This document shows positions 10,353-20,043 of a stretch of DNA of 64,000 nt, in pieces. The DNA comes from a virus. Taxonomy: Duplodnaviria > Heunggongvirae > Uroviricota > Caudoviricetes. Location: the IMG/VR virus record IMGVR_UViG_3300046355_000236. One strand, 5' to 3'. A model generated the notes under the pieces. The model did no database searches. It worked only from the letters and a program-made list of their open reading frames with translations, and was not told the origin of the DNA. How positions within the stretch are numbered: the stretch's first letter is position 1; each line of letters starts with the position of its first letter. The position numbers and the translations under genes were made by a program.

Positions 10353-11256
10353 TTATGGACATCACGATGCTGCTGGTGTCGTGATTGATAATGGTAAACT
10401 TGTGTATGCAAAACGTGCACAAGAATATACCAACAAACCAAACGATAAAAACATTCATCCGTTGATGATTGGATGGATGGGCACGTTTACAGACAAGCGT
10501 GTCCCTGAACAGATTTACCTCCATGAGAATAAACGTCGTGATCTTTGGAGAAAGATTCGTTACGGTGATTGGTCACGTATTCGGACAAAGAGTCCACGGT
10601 TACCTAAGAAGCCAATTCAAGGCAACCACCACTTATCACATGCGGCGGCTGGTTACTATACATCAGGGTTCTATGATGCTGTTGTGTTAGTCGCTGATGC
10701 TATTGGTGAGAATGAGTCGCTGGCTGTGTATGTTGCCTCGGAAGGCAGACTCCAGCCGACACCTCTGTTTACGATGACATATCCAGATTCTCTTGGTTTG
10801 TTTTACAGCTATCACACTGCACGTGTTGGAATGACGCCACTCCAGGACGAAAACAAGTTTATGGAGCTGAGCAAACAAAGCTGGATCAGGCATGATCAAA
10901 GCGTTTATGAAACGGTCGATATGGATGGACACATCTTCCGGACGACTCGCAACTTACATCGCCGTCCGGAAGTGCTTGAGACTCATCCAGATGTACAGGC
11001 TCGGATTGCTGCAACTACGCAGGATATTCTTGAAGGTGCGTTAGAGCGGATTTACCTAAAGTTTAAAGACCGTAGTAAGAACCTTGTCTTCACTGGAGGG
11101 GTTGCATACAACACTTTAGCTGTTAACCGCTTGCGTAGGCATGCAAAGAACATATACGTCCCTTCACATCCAGGAGATGCTGGTAGCGCGCTCGGTGCTA
11201 TTCTCCAACACACCCATCAGCATATTGAGTTGCCAAACGGTAAGATGTTTACCTAA
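10330..11256 (+). CDS. carbamoyltransferase-family (NodU/CmcH/TobZ) N-terminal Kae1-like domain protein
   Basis: GLSYGHHDAAGVVIDNGKL and NHHLSHAAAGYYTSGF (HHxxH metal site); about 308 aa, no YrdC-like C-domain. Confidence 0.55.
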   Translation: MATYWGLSYGHHDAAGVVIDNGKLVYAKRAQEYTNKPNDKNIHPLMIGWMGTFTDKRVPEQIYLHENKRRDLWRKIRYGDWSRIRTKSPRLPKKPIQGNHHLSHAAAGYYTSGFYDAVVLVADAIGENESLAVYVASEGRLQPTPLFTMTYPDSLGLFYSYHTARVGMTPLQDENKFMELSKQSWIRHDQSVYETVDMDGHIFRTTRNLHRRPEVLETHPDVQARIAATTQDILEGALERIYLKFKDRSKNLVFTGGVAYNTLAVNRLRRHAKNIYVPSHPGDAGSALGAILQHTHQHIELPNGKMFT

Positions 11257-11264
11257 TATGAGGT

Positions 11265-11480
11265 TTGCGTTATCATGGAGGCATGAAGCGCAAACCACAA
11301 CTCAAACTGGGCGACCTTGTCCAGTATTTTGATATAACTGGAGTCATTTCTCAGTTCGTATCCGACACCACAGTCACCATCATTGTTCCAGACCCCCATT
11401 GGCCGTTTCCACGTTATATCAACGTCGATCGTTGCTTTTGCGAGGAGGTTATTGTAGAATATGAAGATGCACCATTTTAA
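11265..11480 (+). CDS. hypothetical protein
   Basis: ORF only. Confidence 0.3.
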   Translation: MRYHGGMKRKPQLKLGDLVQYFDITGVISQFVSDTTVTIIVPDPHWPFPRYINVDRCFCEEVIVEYEDAPF

Positions 11481-11491
11481 CGGAGATCACT

Positions 11492-12652
11492 ATGAGTAGT
11501 GCTGAAAGTGAAGTAGATCGAGCGTTGGCTTCACTACGAAACATTACACGACGACCGCGTCGGCGACCACGACGTAGAGCAAGTCGTGTTGCGTTAAACA
11601 AATATTGGACATGGGGTCCAGACGAATTAAACTTTCCTGAACTGAAAAAACAAGACATGAGCAACAATAACCTTTTTATCGGTCTGTCAGATTTGAACGA
11701 CCACACCGTCACGAGCCTGTTGCAAGGCCAGATGAAAGACGGTATCAACACTGTTGTTGATAACTTCTCTGTTCTTGCTACACGTGAGAAGTGGAACGAA
11801 TTCTTGTTTGAGCTGAATGATGTTCAATTGACGCAGATGAAAGGTCGTTTCGGGATTGTTAATTTCCGTGAAAAGAGTTTGTTCTTCACATACAGCATTA
11901 GCTCTAGTGATGTTGAGATCGAGGCATTTGGTTCGGATATCGATGTCAAATGGGTCACTGACTGGATCCGTGACCAGTTCGAAGAAGTTTTGACTGAAAT
12001 CGAATGGATTTACGGTTCGGATGGGTCATCCATTCAAATTCCGCTGCGCGCTGATCGTCATCCTGTAGCTGAAATGTATCCCTTCCTCGGTGATGAAACT
12101 CTTGAGCAGTACTACGAGCGTTACATGGCTTCGAGTGCCTCCATCTTGCTGTTGATTGGTCCTCCTGGCACAGGTAAGACATCGTTCATTCGTGGCCTGA
12201 TGCAGCATACACAATCGAGCGCAATCGTGACATATGATGAGAACATTATGTCCAAGGACTATGTGTTTGCAAACTTCATCGAAGGTGATAAGAACCTGAT
12301 GGTGATCGAGGATGCAGATATGTTCTTGAAGGCTCGTTCAGAAGGCAATACGACTATGCACAAGTTCTTGAACGTTGGTGATGGTTTGGTGACCACACGA
12401 AACAAGAAACTGATCTTCTCAACCAACTTGCCATCGATCCGTGACATTGACCCTGCACTGATTCGTCCAGGTCGTTGCTTTGATATTGTCACTTTTGACT
12501 TACTCGACCAACAAGCAGCAGAAAAACTTGCAAAGAAGATGAATGTGACGTTGACTGAAACGAAGGACAAGTGGAACATTGCTGATATCTTCAACAAGCA
12601 AACGTTTGATCCGCACATCACAACCAAACGTACAACTATGGGATTCGTATGA
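11492..12652 (+). CDS. AAA+ ATPase with Arg-rich N-terminal domain
   Basis: Walker A GPPGTGKT, Walker B MVIEDAD, sensor-2 RPGRCFD; N-terminus RRPRRRPRRRASR. Confidence 0.7.
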   Translation: MSSAESEVDRALASLRNITRRPRRRPRRRASRVALNKYWTWGPDELNFPELKKQDMSNNNLFIGLSDLNDHTVTSLLQGQMKDGINTVVDNFSVLATREKWNEFLFELNDVQLTQMKGRFGIVNFREKSLFFTYSISSSDVEIEAFGSDIDVKWVTDWIRDQFEEVLTEIEWIYGSDGSSIQIPLRADRHPVAEMYPFLGDETLEQYYERYMASSASILLLIGPPGTGKTSFIRGLMQHTQSSAIVTYDENIMSKDYVFANFIEGDKNLMVIEDADMFLKARSEGNTTMHKFLNVGDGLVTTRNKKLIFSTNLPSIRDIDPALIRPGRCFDIVTFDLLDQQAAEKLAKKMNVTLTETKDKWNIADIFNKQTFDPHITTKRTTMGFV

Positions 12653-12936
12653 AACAAATTTGGACAGTAACACCAGAGGTAGATGGTGATGATATGATCC
12701 TTCCACTGCCCGATGATATGATTAAGACACTTGGCTGGCAGCAAGGTGATATCATTGACTGGAGCATTGAGGATGGCAAGGTGATTGCTAAGCGTATGCC
12801 ATCACAAGCTGTTGTTGATGAATGCACCAAGATTATTGATGGTTACATTCCTGTTGCTGAAACGACAGAACAGATTGATGCTATCCATCAGTACCGCAGC
12901 GATATTATCATGGCAATCTACCGGAGGTTTACATGA
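12649..12936 (+). CDS. hypothetical protein
   Basis: Coupled ORF. Confidence 0.35.
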   Translation: MKQIWTVTPEVDGDDMILPLPDDMIKTLGWQQGDIIDWSIEDGKVIAKRMPSQAVVDECTKIIDGYIPVAETTEQIDAIHQYRSDIIMAIYRRFT

Positions 12937-13142
12937 AGGCATTGAAGATTACAGGGTGCTCTGACTCTTTGATGTGGTATTCGAAAAAGATTGGACAGTA
13001 TGTTGATTATCTCGGTGAAGATGTTGACAGAAAGGGTCCAATCTTTTGGAGCAGAGATAATGGTGGATACAAAAACATTGTGTTCAAAAAAGACGCTGAA
13101 ATTGTTGAAGTAGATGCAAAGGATGGTAAATGGCCCGTGTAA
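12933..13142 (+). CDS. hypothetical protein
   Basis: Coupled ORF. Confidence 0.35.
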   Translation: MKALKITGCSDSLMWYSKKIGQYVDYLGEDVDRKGPIFWSRDNGGYKNIVFKKDAEIVEVDAKDGKWPV

Positions 13143-13316
13143 TTCTAATATTCCTGTTGATGACAGGATCGATCGCTATCGGTATTTCTACCTTCCGAGA
13201 GCTAACAGGTAAAGAAAAATGGCAGTTGACGAAGTTGGTTGCTTACGGTACAATGTGTGCTGCAATCGCATTTGTGATTCTTGGTTTGGTTGTTTCAATT
13301 TTTTAAAGAGGATATC

Positions 13317-14135
13317 ATGAAACGTTTTAGTATGATTATTGGTTTGGTGTTGGCTGCAGTGTTTGCAACTGGATGCACCCGGATCGAGACTGGTGAAGTT
13401 GGCTTGCGTCGCGGCTTCGATAAGCAAGTGAGTGGCCAAGAGCTGTTGCCTGGTTCGTTCAACCAGACGATTGTTGGTGAGGTGCTGACGTTCCCGATCA
13501 AGGACGTTACCGTTAAGGTCGAGGACATGACTCCTTTGGCTAAGGATAACAGCACAATGAAGGACTTTGACGCGATCGTTGTGTACAACATTAACCAGGC
13601 CAACGTCAGTGACCTGTACAACACGAAGAACCGAAGCTTCCACGCTGTTCACAACGGTGATGTGTACTTGATGTACAACTATGTTTTCAACGCAACACGA
13701 AACGCTATCTACAAAGCTTCGCGTAAATATGAAGCATTGGACATGGGTGATAACCGACAAGCAATGGAAGCTGATATTCGCGACATCGTCATCAAGACTT
13801 TGGCAGAAGAAAAGCTGGACGGTATGATTAACGTTAGCCAGGTGTTGGTTCGTAACATTGTCCCTGCTGATGCTATTGTTGCCAGCGCCAATGACTTGGT
13901 TCGCAGCAAGAACGAGTTGAAGCAAAAAGAAGTTGAAGTTGCAACTGCTCAAGCAGAAGCACGCCGTATTGCAGCTTTGAACGCTAACGCTGGTGCTATT
14001 CAGTACATGGATGCTCAAGCTCGCATGATGCACGCCGAAGCTGCAAAGATCCAAGCAGAAGGTATTCGTAACTTTAAGGGCACCACATTGGTCCTGGGTT
14101 CAGGTGCTATCCCTAACGTACCTTTGAGCAAGTAA
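13317..14135 (+). CDS. SPFH/band-7 (prohibitin/HflKC-like) lipoprotein
   Basis: Lipobox LAAVFATGC; SPFH-like core; C-terminal coiled coil; aagagga SD before the internal ATG. Confidence 0.65.
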   Translation: MKRFSMIIGLVLAAVFATGCTRIETGEVGLRRGFDKQVSGQELLPGSFNQTIVGEVLTFPIKDVTVKVEDMTPLAKDNSTMKDFDAIVVYNINQANVSDLYNTKNRSFHAVHNGDVYLMYNYVFNATRNAIYKASRKYEALDMGDNRQAMEADIRDIVIKTLAEEKLDGMINVSQVLVRNIVPADAIVASANDLVRSKNELKQKEVEVATAQAEARRIAALNANAGAIQYMDAQARMMHAEAAKIQAEGIRNFKGTTLVLGSGAIPNVPLSK

Positions 14136-14137
14136 TC

Positions 14138-14563
14138 ATGGACGACACCTTAGCTATCATTCTGCTAGCGGGTGTCCCACTCTTGGTTCTCTTGAGTGGG
14201 TTCCTCTATCATCTCCGTTCAGTTAGAAAAGAACGTGAAAGGAGAGCGGTACTTGTGCGTGAACGTCTGGCAGCGATTAGAGAAGCTGATTATCAACGTA
14301 TGCGTGAAGTTGCTCGACGTAGTACACCTACACAAAGCACCACAGTTCGATCTGTACCTGCTTCGTACACCACAAGTAATACAACAAGTGCTAGTGATGA
14401 CATTCTTAACTTGGCGTTGATCAACAGCATCACTAGCTCATCTGAGAGTTCACGTCCAACATCGTGGTCATCTTCTGATTCAAGTTCATCCTGGTCGTCA
14501 TCTGACTCTAGCTCATCGTGGTCATCGTCTGATTCAGGATCCTCTCCTTCTTCTGATTGGTAA
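14138..14563 (+). CDS. single-pass membrane protein with C-terminal Ser/Asp/Trp repeats
   Basis: N-terminal TM helix; three 27-nt tandem repeats encoding SWSSSDSSS. Confidence 0.5.
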   Translation: MDDTLAIILLAGVPLLVLLSGFLYHLRSVRKERERRAVLVRERLAAIREADYQRMREVARRSTPTQSTTVRSVPASYTTSNTTSASDDILNLALINSITSSSESSRPTSWSSSDSSSSWSSSDSSSSWSSSDSGSSPSSDW

Positions 14564-14567
14564 GATT

Positions 14568-14747
14568 ATGAAAAGTTTTTATGGATGGATTACGAAACAT
14601 GCCGGTGGGATTTCAATGCTCGCTGCTGGTTTGTGTCTAATGGCGGGTACTCGTCTACTTGAGCAACAAGCATATGGTCTGGCAGCAATTGAATTTGCGC
14701 TTGCTGGTTTGAATATTTGGTTGTATAGTACAGAGATCAACAACTGA
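14568..14747 (+). CDS. small two-TM membrane protein (59 aa)
   Basis: ORF below the track threshold; hydrophobic. Confidence 0.3.
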   Translation: MKSFYGWITKHAGGISMLAAGLCLMAGTRLLEQQAYGLAAIEFALAGLNIWLYSTEINN

Positions 14748-14755
14748 GGTTAAAA

Positions 14756-15751
14756 ATGGAACAAGTGAAACGTGGATTCAAGCGCAAGACGATTGAACAT
14801 ACCATTCGTGACAAAATGAAAGCATGGCTCAACTCGATCGATGATATCGAGTTGCGTGATGTGGTTAAGAAAGACTACATCGTCACTGGTGGTGCAATCA
14901 CCTCGATGCTGCTTGGTGATCTGCCAAACGATTATGATGTGTACTTTCAGAACCCAGATGTCGCTGCGCGCCTGGCCAACTACTACATCAGTCGTCTGTC
15001 TACCTCCGACAATGAGATGACCAAGACTCCGATTGTCACTGTTCCATCAACGCGTGATCGCGTGGAAATTAAAGTACAGTCTGCGGGAGTGGCTGGTGAA
15101 GAGGTGGACCAGGACAAGTATGAGTACTTCGAAATGTACGAAGACGGTGCTCAACGTGCAGCCGCATATCTTGATGCAATGGCCTCTCGCAACACAGGCA
15201 AGTACACTGCTCTTGCCATTACTACCAACGCGATCACGTTGTCTGACCAGATTCAGATCATCCTGCGTTTCGTTGGAGATCCACAAGAGATCCACAAGAA
15301 CTATGACTTTGTGCACACTACCAATTGGTTCACACAGGAGCATGGTGTAGAACTGAATGTAGACGCACTAGAATCGACTCTAGCACGTGAACTCAAGTAC
15401 GTTGGTAGCAGATATCCAATTTGCTCGATGTTCCGTTTAAAGAAGTTTATTAAGCGTGGTTGGACAATCACGGCTGGTGAGATGTTGAAGATTGCATGGG
15501 ATATCAACAAACTCGATCTGAATGATCGTCTGGTGTTGCAAGATCAACTGACTGGTGTCGATGCTGCATACTTCCGTCAAATTATCGATTTGTTGAACAA
15601 AGATGATAAACCGATTGAAAGAACTTACTTGTTTGAGTTGATTAATCGCATCTTTGACGAGGATAATGACGTCTTGGAGAAAGTTGCTGAGACACAACCA
15701 AGTATTGGTGAGCAACTAAGAAAGAAACTGGAAGATTCGTTTAAGGAGTAA
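14756..15751 (+). CDS. Pol-beta superfamily nucleotidyltransferase-fold protein
   Basis: VTGGAITSMLLGDLPNDYDVYF matches the hG[GS]...DxD core and resembles the CCA-enzyme head GGAVRD..DxD. Confidence 0.45.
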   Translation: MEQVKRGFKRKTIEHTIRDKMKAWLNSIDDIELRDVVKKDYIVTGGAITSMLLGDLPNDYDVYFQNPDVAARLANYYISRLSTSDNEMTKTPIVTVPSTRDRVEIKVQSAGVAGEEVDQDKYEYFEMYEDGAQRAAAYLDAMASRNTGKYTALAITTNAITLSDQIQIILRFVGDPQEIHKNYDFVHTTNWFTQEHGVELNVDALESTLARELKYVGSRYPICSMFRLKKFIKRGWTITAGEMLKIAWDINKLDLNDRLVLQDQLTGVDAAYFRQIIDLLNKDDKPIERTYLFELINRIFDEDNDVLEKVAETQPSIGEQLRKKLEDSFKE

Positions 15752-15754
15752 GAC

Positions 15755-16216
15755 ATGGATCTAGCATTGTTGGTTTACGGCATTAGTTTGCTGAACGGTT
15801 TCACTGGATTGGTCGGTATGGCTATTGTTGTAACAGGTGTTGTTACGATAATCTGTACGATCGGTACATTGACGTGGGTTTTTGATGGTTCCGAGTATAG
15901 TTGGAACCTCGACAAGGATGGTAACTTGAAGCCTCGGATTGCAGCAGCGCGTAAGCGTATGGTGCAAGGAATTAAATGGGGTGTGCCGGCCGTTGTTGTG
16001 CTCAGCTTCATTGCTGTGTTGATTCCAACGGAGAAGACTGCATACACAATGGTTGGTGCATATGCTGCACAAAAGGTTGCTGAGGATCCACGTGTTAAGG
16101 ATGTTGGTGGTAAAGTACTGACGATCATTAACCAAAAGCTCGATCAATATGTTGATGAGGGTGTGGAACAAGCTGCCAAGAAGGCTGAGGAAGTTGCTAA
16201 GAAGGCAAAGAAATGA
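15755..16216 (+). CDS. membrane protein with C-terminal coiled coil
   Basis: Two or three TM helices, then EEVAKKAKK tail. Confidence 0.45.
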   Translation: MDLALLVYGISLLNGFTGLVGMAIVVTGVVTIICTIGTLTWVFDGSEYSWNLDKDGNLKPRIAAARKRMVQGIKWGVPAVVVLSFIAVLIPTEKTAYTMVGAYAAQKVAEDPRVKDVGGKVLTIINQKLDQYVDEGVEQAAKKAEEVAKKAKK

Positions 16217-16379
16217 AAAATATCTTAATCAAAATCCGTAACTTTATGTTTGAGCGATCTTTATCGATCGCTGACTGGTGGGCAATTAGTTTCATTGCCG
16301 TGATTGGTGGCTGGTTTTGGCTTGCAATCATTCCTTGGATTGTATTCTCTGTCTATATGTCGTTTTACGTGGTGGAGCA

Positions 16380-16862
16380 ATGAAGTCATTCCTCCATAGT
16401 AAGATCCATGTCAAAAAGTACGGAGGAAAGCCAGATGACTACGCCGACATCGACGATTTTATTGACAGTACTAAAGCAGCGGTCGCAGACGTCCGGCACC
16501 GAGCAGTACTTCATTCCGCATTCGGGTGCTTCCTTGTCGAGCGAATTTTTGGTCGTACGCGCATCAACTCAGACGGGAAAGAGTATTCTCCACGAGATGT
16601 TGCAGAAGACCACATACAACAAGACTTAGGATTCATTCCTACTATGGAACAATACTTGAACAATATGACCGTTCAACCATGGATGAGTGGTACAGAAAAG
16701 AAGAACACTGGTCCTTCTGTTCGTCATATTGCTCTTGGTCCAAAATACATCGATTTATATGAGTGCACCGCACAGTTTCAATCGAAAGATCCTCACATGG
16801 ATGCGCTGCAGTCGGTGTGGATTGATTTTGTTAAACAACAAAGCTACACGCAAAGAAGCTAA
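16380..16862 (+). CDS. hypothetical protein
   Basis: ORF; start moved to Met22 of ORF 16317. Confidence 0.4.
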   Translation: MKSFLHSKIHVKKYGGKPDDYADIDDFIDSTKAAVADVRHRAVLHSAFGCFLVERIFGRTRINSDGKEYSPRDVAEDHIQQDLGFIPTMEQYLNNMTVQPWMSGTEKKNTGPSVRHIALGPKYIDLYECTAQFQSKDPHMDALQSVWIDFVKQQSYTQRS

Positions 16863-16911
16863 CCGAGTGTGTAACGGTAAACGTGAAGATGAGTAACTTA
16901 AAGGAAATATT

Positions 16912-17418
16912 ATGAGCGACCTGCAATCTGCATTTGACAAGCTGTTGGAAGAACAGCGAGCACTGACCGAGAAGTTTCAAGCAACAGCACAAGAGCTGTT
17001 CAAGGAAACGACAAAAGAGTTCTTTGATAAGAACCCCAGCGTCACCGCTGTGATCTGGAATCAATACACTCCATACTTCAATGATGGGTATACTTGTGAA
17101 TTCAGTGTACAAGAGCCATACTTCACAAACACCAACACCGATCAATTCGAAGACATTACTCGCTGGGGTGAGTATGAAGGTGAAGATGAAGGTGTGTGGT
17201 CAGAGAGTGATTGGATTTTCACTGGCGACGGTGACTATGTCAAAGAGCGCCGCGCAAAGATGGATCTTACTGGTGTCGATTCTACATCGATTAAAAAGTT
17301 CTCCAGCCTGCTTCAATCAAGTGATATGGAAGACGTGATGGAAGCGATGTTCGGTGACCACGTTCGCGTTGTTGCTACCCGCAACGGCTTTGACATTGAA
17401 GATTGCGATCACGACTGA
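16912..17418 (+). CDS. hypothetical acidic protein
   Basis: ORF with aaggaaa SD. Confidence 0.4.
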   Translation: MSDLQSAFDKLLEEQRALTEKFQATAQELFKETTKEFFDKNPSVTAVIWNQYTPYFNDGYTCEFSVQEPYFTNTNTDQFEDITRWGEYEGEDEGVWSESDWIFTGDGDYVKERRAKMDLTGVDSTSIKKFSSLLQSSDMEDVMEAMFGDHVRVVATRNGFDIEDCDHD

Positions 17419-17732
17419 TGTACCCGAAAGAAGTTGCTGAATTTATCCGTGACTTCGAGCCCGCTCCTTTTGCCAATCTGGATAAGGAGGGGGTTCAGAA
17501 GATCAAAAAGATAATCGCCAAGGATGAGGAAAAGAATAAGAAGTTATGGGAAAAGATCCGTGGTGCACGAGCTGTAATGCAAACAATGTGCATGCATGGT
17601 GACTTCCAAGTCGAATCAAAGTATCATGCTGGCGACTACTACAACAAAAGTTATACCGACTACACTGTCAAGTGTGGAATATGTGGATGCATCCTGCATA
17701 CTACAGATAAAGAGCATGGCTCATATGGATAA
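17403..17732 (+). CDS. hypothetical Cys-rich protein
   Basis: C..C and CGICGC motifs. Confidence 0.35.
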   Translation: MRSRLMYPKEVAEFIRDFEPAPFANLDKEGVQKIKKIIAKDEEKNKKLWEKIRGARAVMQTMCMHGDFQVESKYHAGDYYNKSYTDYTVKCGICGCILHTTDKEHGSYG

Positions 17733-17735
17733 GTT

Positions 17736-18005
17736 ATGAAACTTGAATTTACAATGTGTCATTCACAGCTGGTCAGCATGATCTTGCTGCCAGAGATGCT
17801 TAGACGTGCTGTGACCAAATACGAAGCGACTGCACCTGATATGGACGGTGAAGGGTTCAATGGGTTTATGGAAGTGAAGGCAACATTCTATATACGAGAT
17901 CTTCAAGCATTCAATGAGCTTTACCAAAAATCATATGTGTTCCCTTCTGATCGTACCGCGTGGTATCACGGAATCAAGAACGGACTCGACAAACTGAACC
18001 AATAA
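17736..18005 (+). CDS. hypothetical protein
   Basis: ORF only. Confidence 0.35.
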   Translation: MKLEFTMCHSQLVSMILLPEMLRRAVTKYEATAPDMDGEGFNGFMEVKATFYIRDLQAFNELYQKSYVFPSDRTAWYHGIKNGLDKLNQ

Positions 18006-18006
18006 G

Positions 18007-18561
18007 ATGACCCTAGCATACATTCAACCGACCGCAGGATATTTTGATGAAGACCGTTTGGTCGAGGCATCGAGACAGATTAGTGGAATGTATCCTAATC
18101 TTGAACAAATCAACTTACGTCGTCCTGCAAGCATTACAGACTCGTATGGGGTTACCTATGGTGCGGGAAGTTTGTACACACCTGAACTTCAACGTCAAGG
18201 TGCTTCGGAACACATCTGGACCGATTACATTGGTTTGTTTAAAGACAATTACCTGATCGAGGTTTGTAAGGCAATGGCCAACACTATGTCGAGTGTGTTT
18301 GGTATAGAGATCGGTCGTGCTCGGTTGATGCACGTAGCACCAAAGACCAATCTTACGTTACATACAGATCATGGCGTTCAGTATCGATTTCATGTTCCCA
18401 TCGTTACCAACCCAGATGTGTTCTTCGTTACCAATGATGAAGTTGAACGGATGCCAGAGGTTGGCCGGTTATACGTTTACCGCACTGACGTTCCACACAC
18501 TGTCGTAAACGCTTCACGTTCAAAACGTACACACCTTGTTATCTCCGGCTGGAAGAAATGA
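18007..18561 (+). CDS. Fe(II)/2-oxoglutarate oxygenase-like (cupin)
   Basis: HTDHG ... PHTVVN gives an HxD...H triad. Confidence 0.5.
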   Translation: MTLAYIQPTAGYFDEDRLVEASRQISGMYPNLEQINLRRPASITDSYGVTYGAGSLYTPELQRQGASEHIWTDYIGLFKDNYLIEVCKAMANTMSSVFGIEIGRARLMHVAPKTNLTLHTDHGVQYRFHVPIVTNPDVFFVTNDEVERMPEVGRLYVYRTDVPHTVVNASRSKRTHLVISGWKK

Positions 18562-19103
18562 TTAACCTGTTTGCAACACCAGTCCTGATATACGACAATG
18601 TGTACAACGACCCAAAGGCAGCCGCTGCTATCGCAGAACAAGCAGTTGCAAACGCAGAGAAGCAGCCCGAATGGGACTGCAATATTTTAACTTCGTTTGC
18701 ACAAAGCAGTAGACTGCACGAGCTGCAGACGCTCAGACCACTGATCAGTGTAGTCACACGGTACGCAAGCGTGTACAGCAAGTCATTGTTCAATAAAGAC
18801 GCTAAAGTGCTACACAGCTGGGCCAATGTAGCACGGTCAGGTCAGTACCAGGAGCATCACAACCACCTAGGTGATCGCTCGGCTTTCTCAGGGGTATACT
18901 ATCCTCAGACTCCAGAAGGTGAAGATCTGATCATGCATAGCCCATTCCAGAATATTATACTGGCTGGACGTCAGACAGTCAACCTTATTCCAGTGGTCAC
19001 GAATAGGTTGATTTTGTTCCCTTCGTACCTCGACCACTCGTTCAAAGCAAGGGACAGGGACACCCCTAAGATATCGATCGCATTCAACTTCGTGTTGACA
19101 TAA
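18558..19103 (+). CDS. Fe(II)/2-oxoglutarate oxygenase-like (PhyH-like)
   Basis: EHHNHLGD ... LDHSF; same orientation, tandem with the previous gene. Confidence 0.45.
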   Translation: MINLFATPVLIYDNVYNDPKAAAAIAEQAVANAEKQPEWDCNILTSFAQSSRLHELQTLRPLISVVTRYASVYSKSLFNKDAKVLHSWANVARSGQYQEHHNHLGDRSAFSGVYYPQTPEGEDLIMHSPFQNIILAGRQTVNLIPVVTNRLILFPSYLDHSFKARDRDTPKISIAFNFVLT

Positions 19104-19150
19104 AATCAAAACCATGTTATAGTGGACTCACATTAACACATGGAGTCTAT

Positions 19151-19573
19151 ATGACAAACGCCACTGATCAAGATTACGGTTCCCGTAAGCTCGACCACTA
19201 CAACAAATGGTTGCTCGACCCTAAGCGTCCGTCTGGCGAACGCTATCCTGGTTTCCCAGAAGATGTGATGACTGAGAAAGCACGAGCAAAGATCATCGCT
19301 GAATACACTGCTAAAGCAGAAGCACGCGCTGCTGCCAAAGACCTCCCTGAGAAGAAGAAAAAGGCATCCGTCAAGAAGCCTGTGTCAGGTGCAAAGAAAG
19401 CAAAGAGCTTGCCTGGTGAAAGCAAACTCGATAAAGCGATTGTCATCTTCGAAAGGATCGGGGATAATAAAGCTGTTGTGATTGAGACGATCCAGAAAGA
19501 GTGTGGAATGACCCCGCTTGGTGCACAGACGTACTATTACAACGCTCGTAAACACTTTTCACAGAAAGCTTAA
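19151..19573 (+). CDS. Lys/Ala-rich basic protein (possible DNA-binding)
   Basis: AKAEARAAAKDLPEKKKKASVKKP stretch. Confidence 0.4.
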   Translation: MTNATDQDYGSRKLDHYNKWLLDPKRPSGERYPGFPEDVMTEKARAKIIAEYTAKAEARAAAKDLPEKKKKASVKKPVSGAKKAKSLPGESKLDKAIVIFERIGDNKAVVIETIQKECGMTPLGAQTYYYNARKHFSQKA

Positions 19574-19574
19574 T

Positions 19575-19850
19575 ATGTCCAAATTGACCCTGAAACAAAA
19601 GATCCGTGGTGCATTGTACGGTACCGGTATTGGTATGACTGATGAGCAGCTCGCTGCTATGCTCAACACAACTGCTGGTGCTGTTCGTGGCACACTGAGC
19701 ATGTTGCGCAACGATGATGGTTTCACTGTTGTCAAACGCTTGGTGATGGAAGACAATAAAGTCACCAAAGCGAAATACTTCATGCCTGCAGGCGTTGCAG
19801 AAGATGTGTATACACGCCTTGGCCGTCCATCGCATCTGATGGTAAAGTAA
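19575..19850 (+). CDS. small winged-helix-like protein
   Basis: Resembles 2198..2434; internal Met of ORF 19518. Confidence 0.4.
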   Translation: MSKLTLKQKIRGALYGTGIGMTDEQLAAMLNTTAGAVRGTLSMLRNDDGFTVVKRLVMEDNKVTKAKYFMPAGVAEDVYTRLGRPSHLMVK

Positions 19851-20043
19851 TCACAAGGAGCACTCTATGACAATGGCAGCAATTGATTCGATCCAGCGCG
19901 CTGTAATCGAAACTGATATGGACATCGATATGGTGTACAATCAGTATGTCCACGACTGGAGTGCAATCCTTTCCCCTTCCGAACTGGAACGAGTGTGGGA
20001 AGCTGCACTCACGATGATCCCTGAACTCAACTAAGGAACAATC

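Noticed and set aside
12259-12744. 161-aa and other long - strand ORFs opposite + strand genes (for example 13188..14054, 25106..25663, 27644..28255, 39548..40045).
   Set aside because: They are fully embedded antisense in better-supported + strand genes with recognisable domains.
19867-20034. 56-aa ORF between 19575..19850 and 20044..20307, plus similar sub-60-aa ORFs (21856..22023, 23807..23980, 33991..34137, 36022..36158, 56713..56886 - strand Cys-rich).
   Set aside because: Plausible small genes, but below the track threshold and without distinguishing features.
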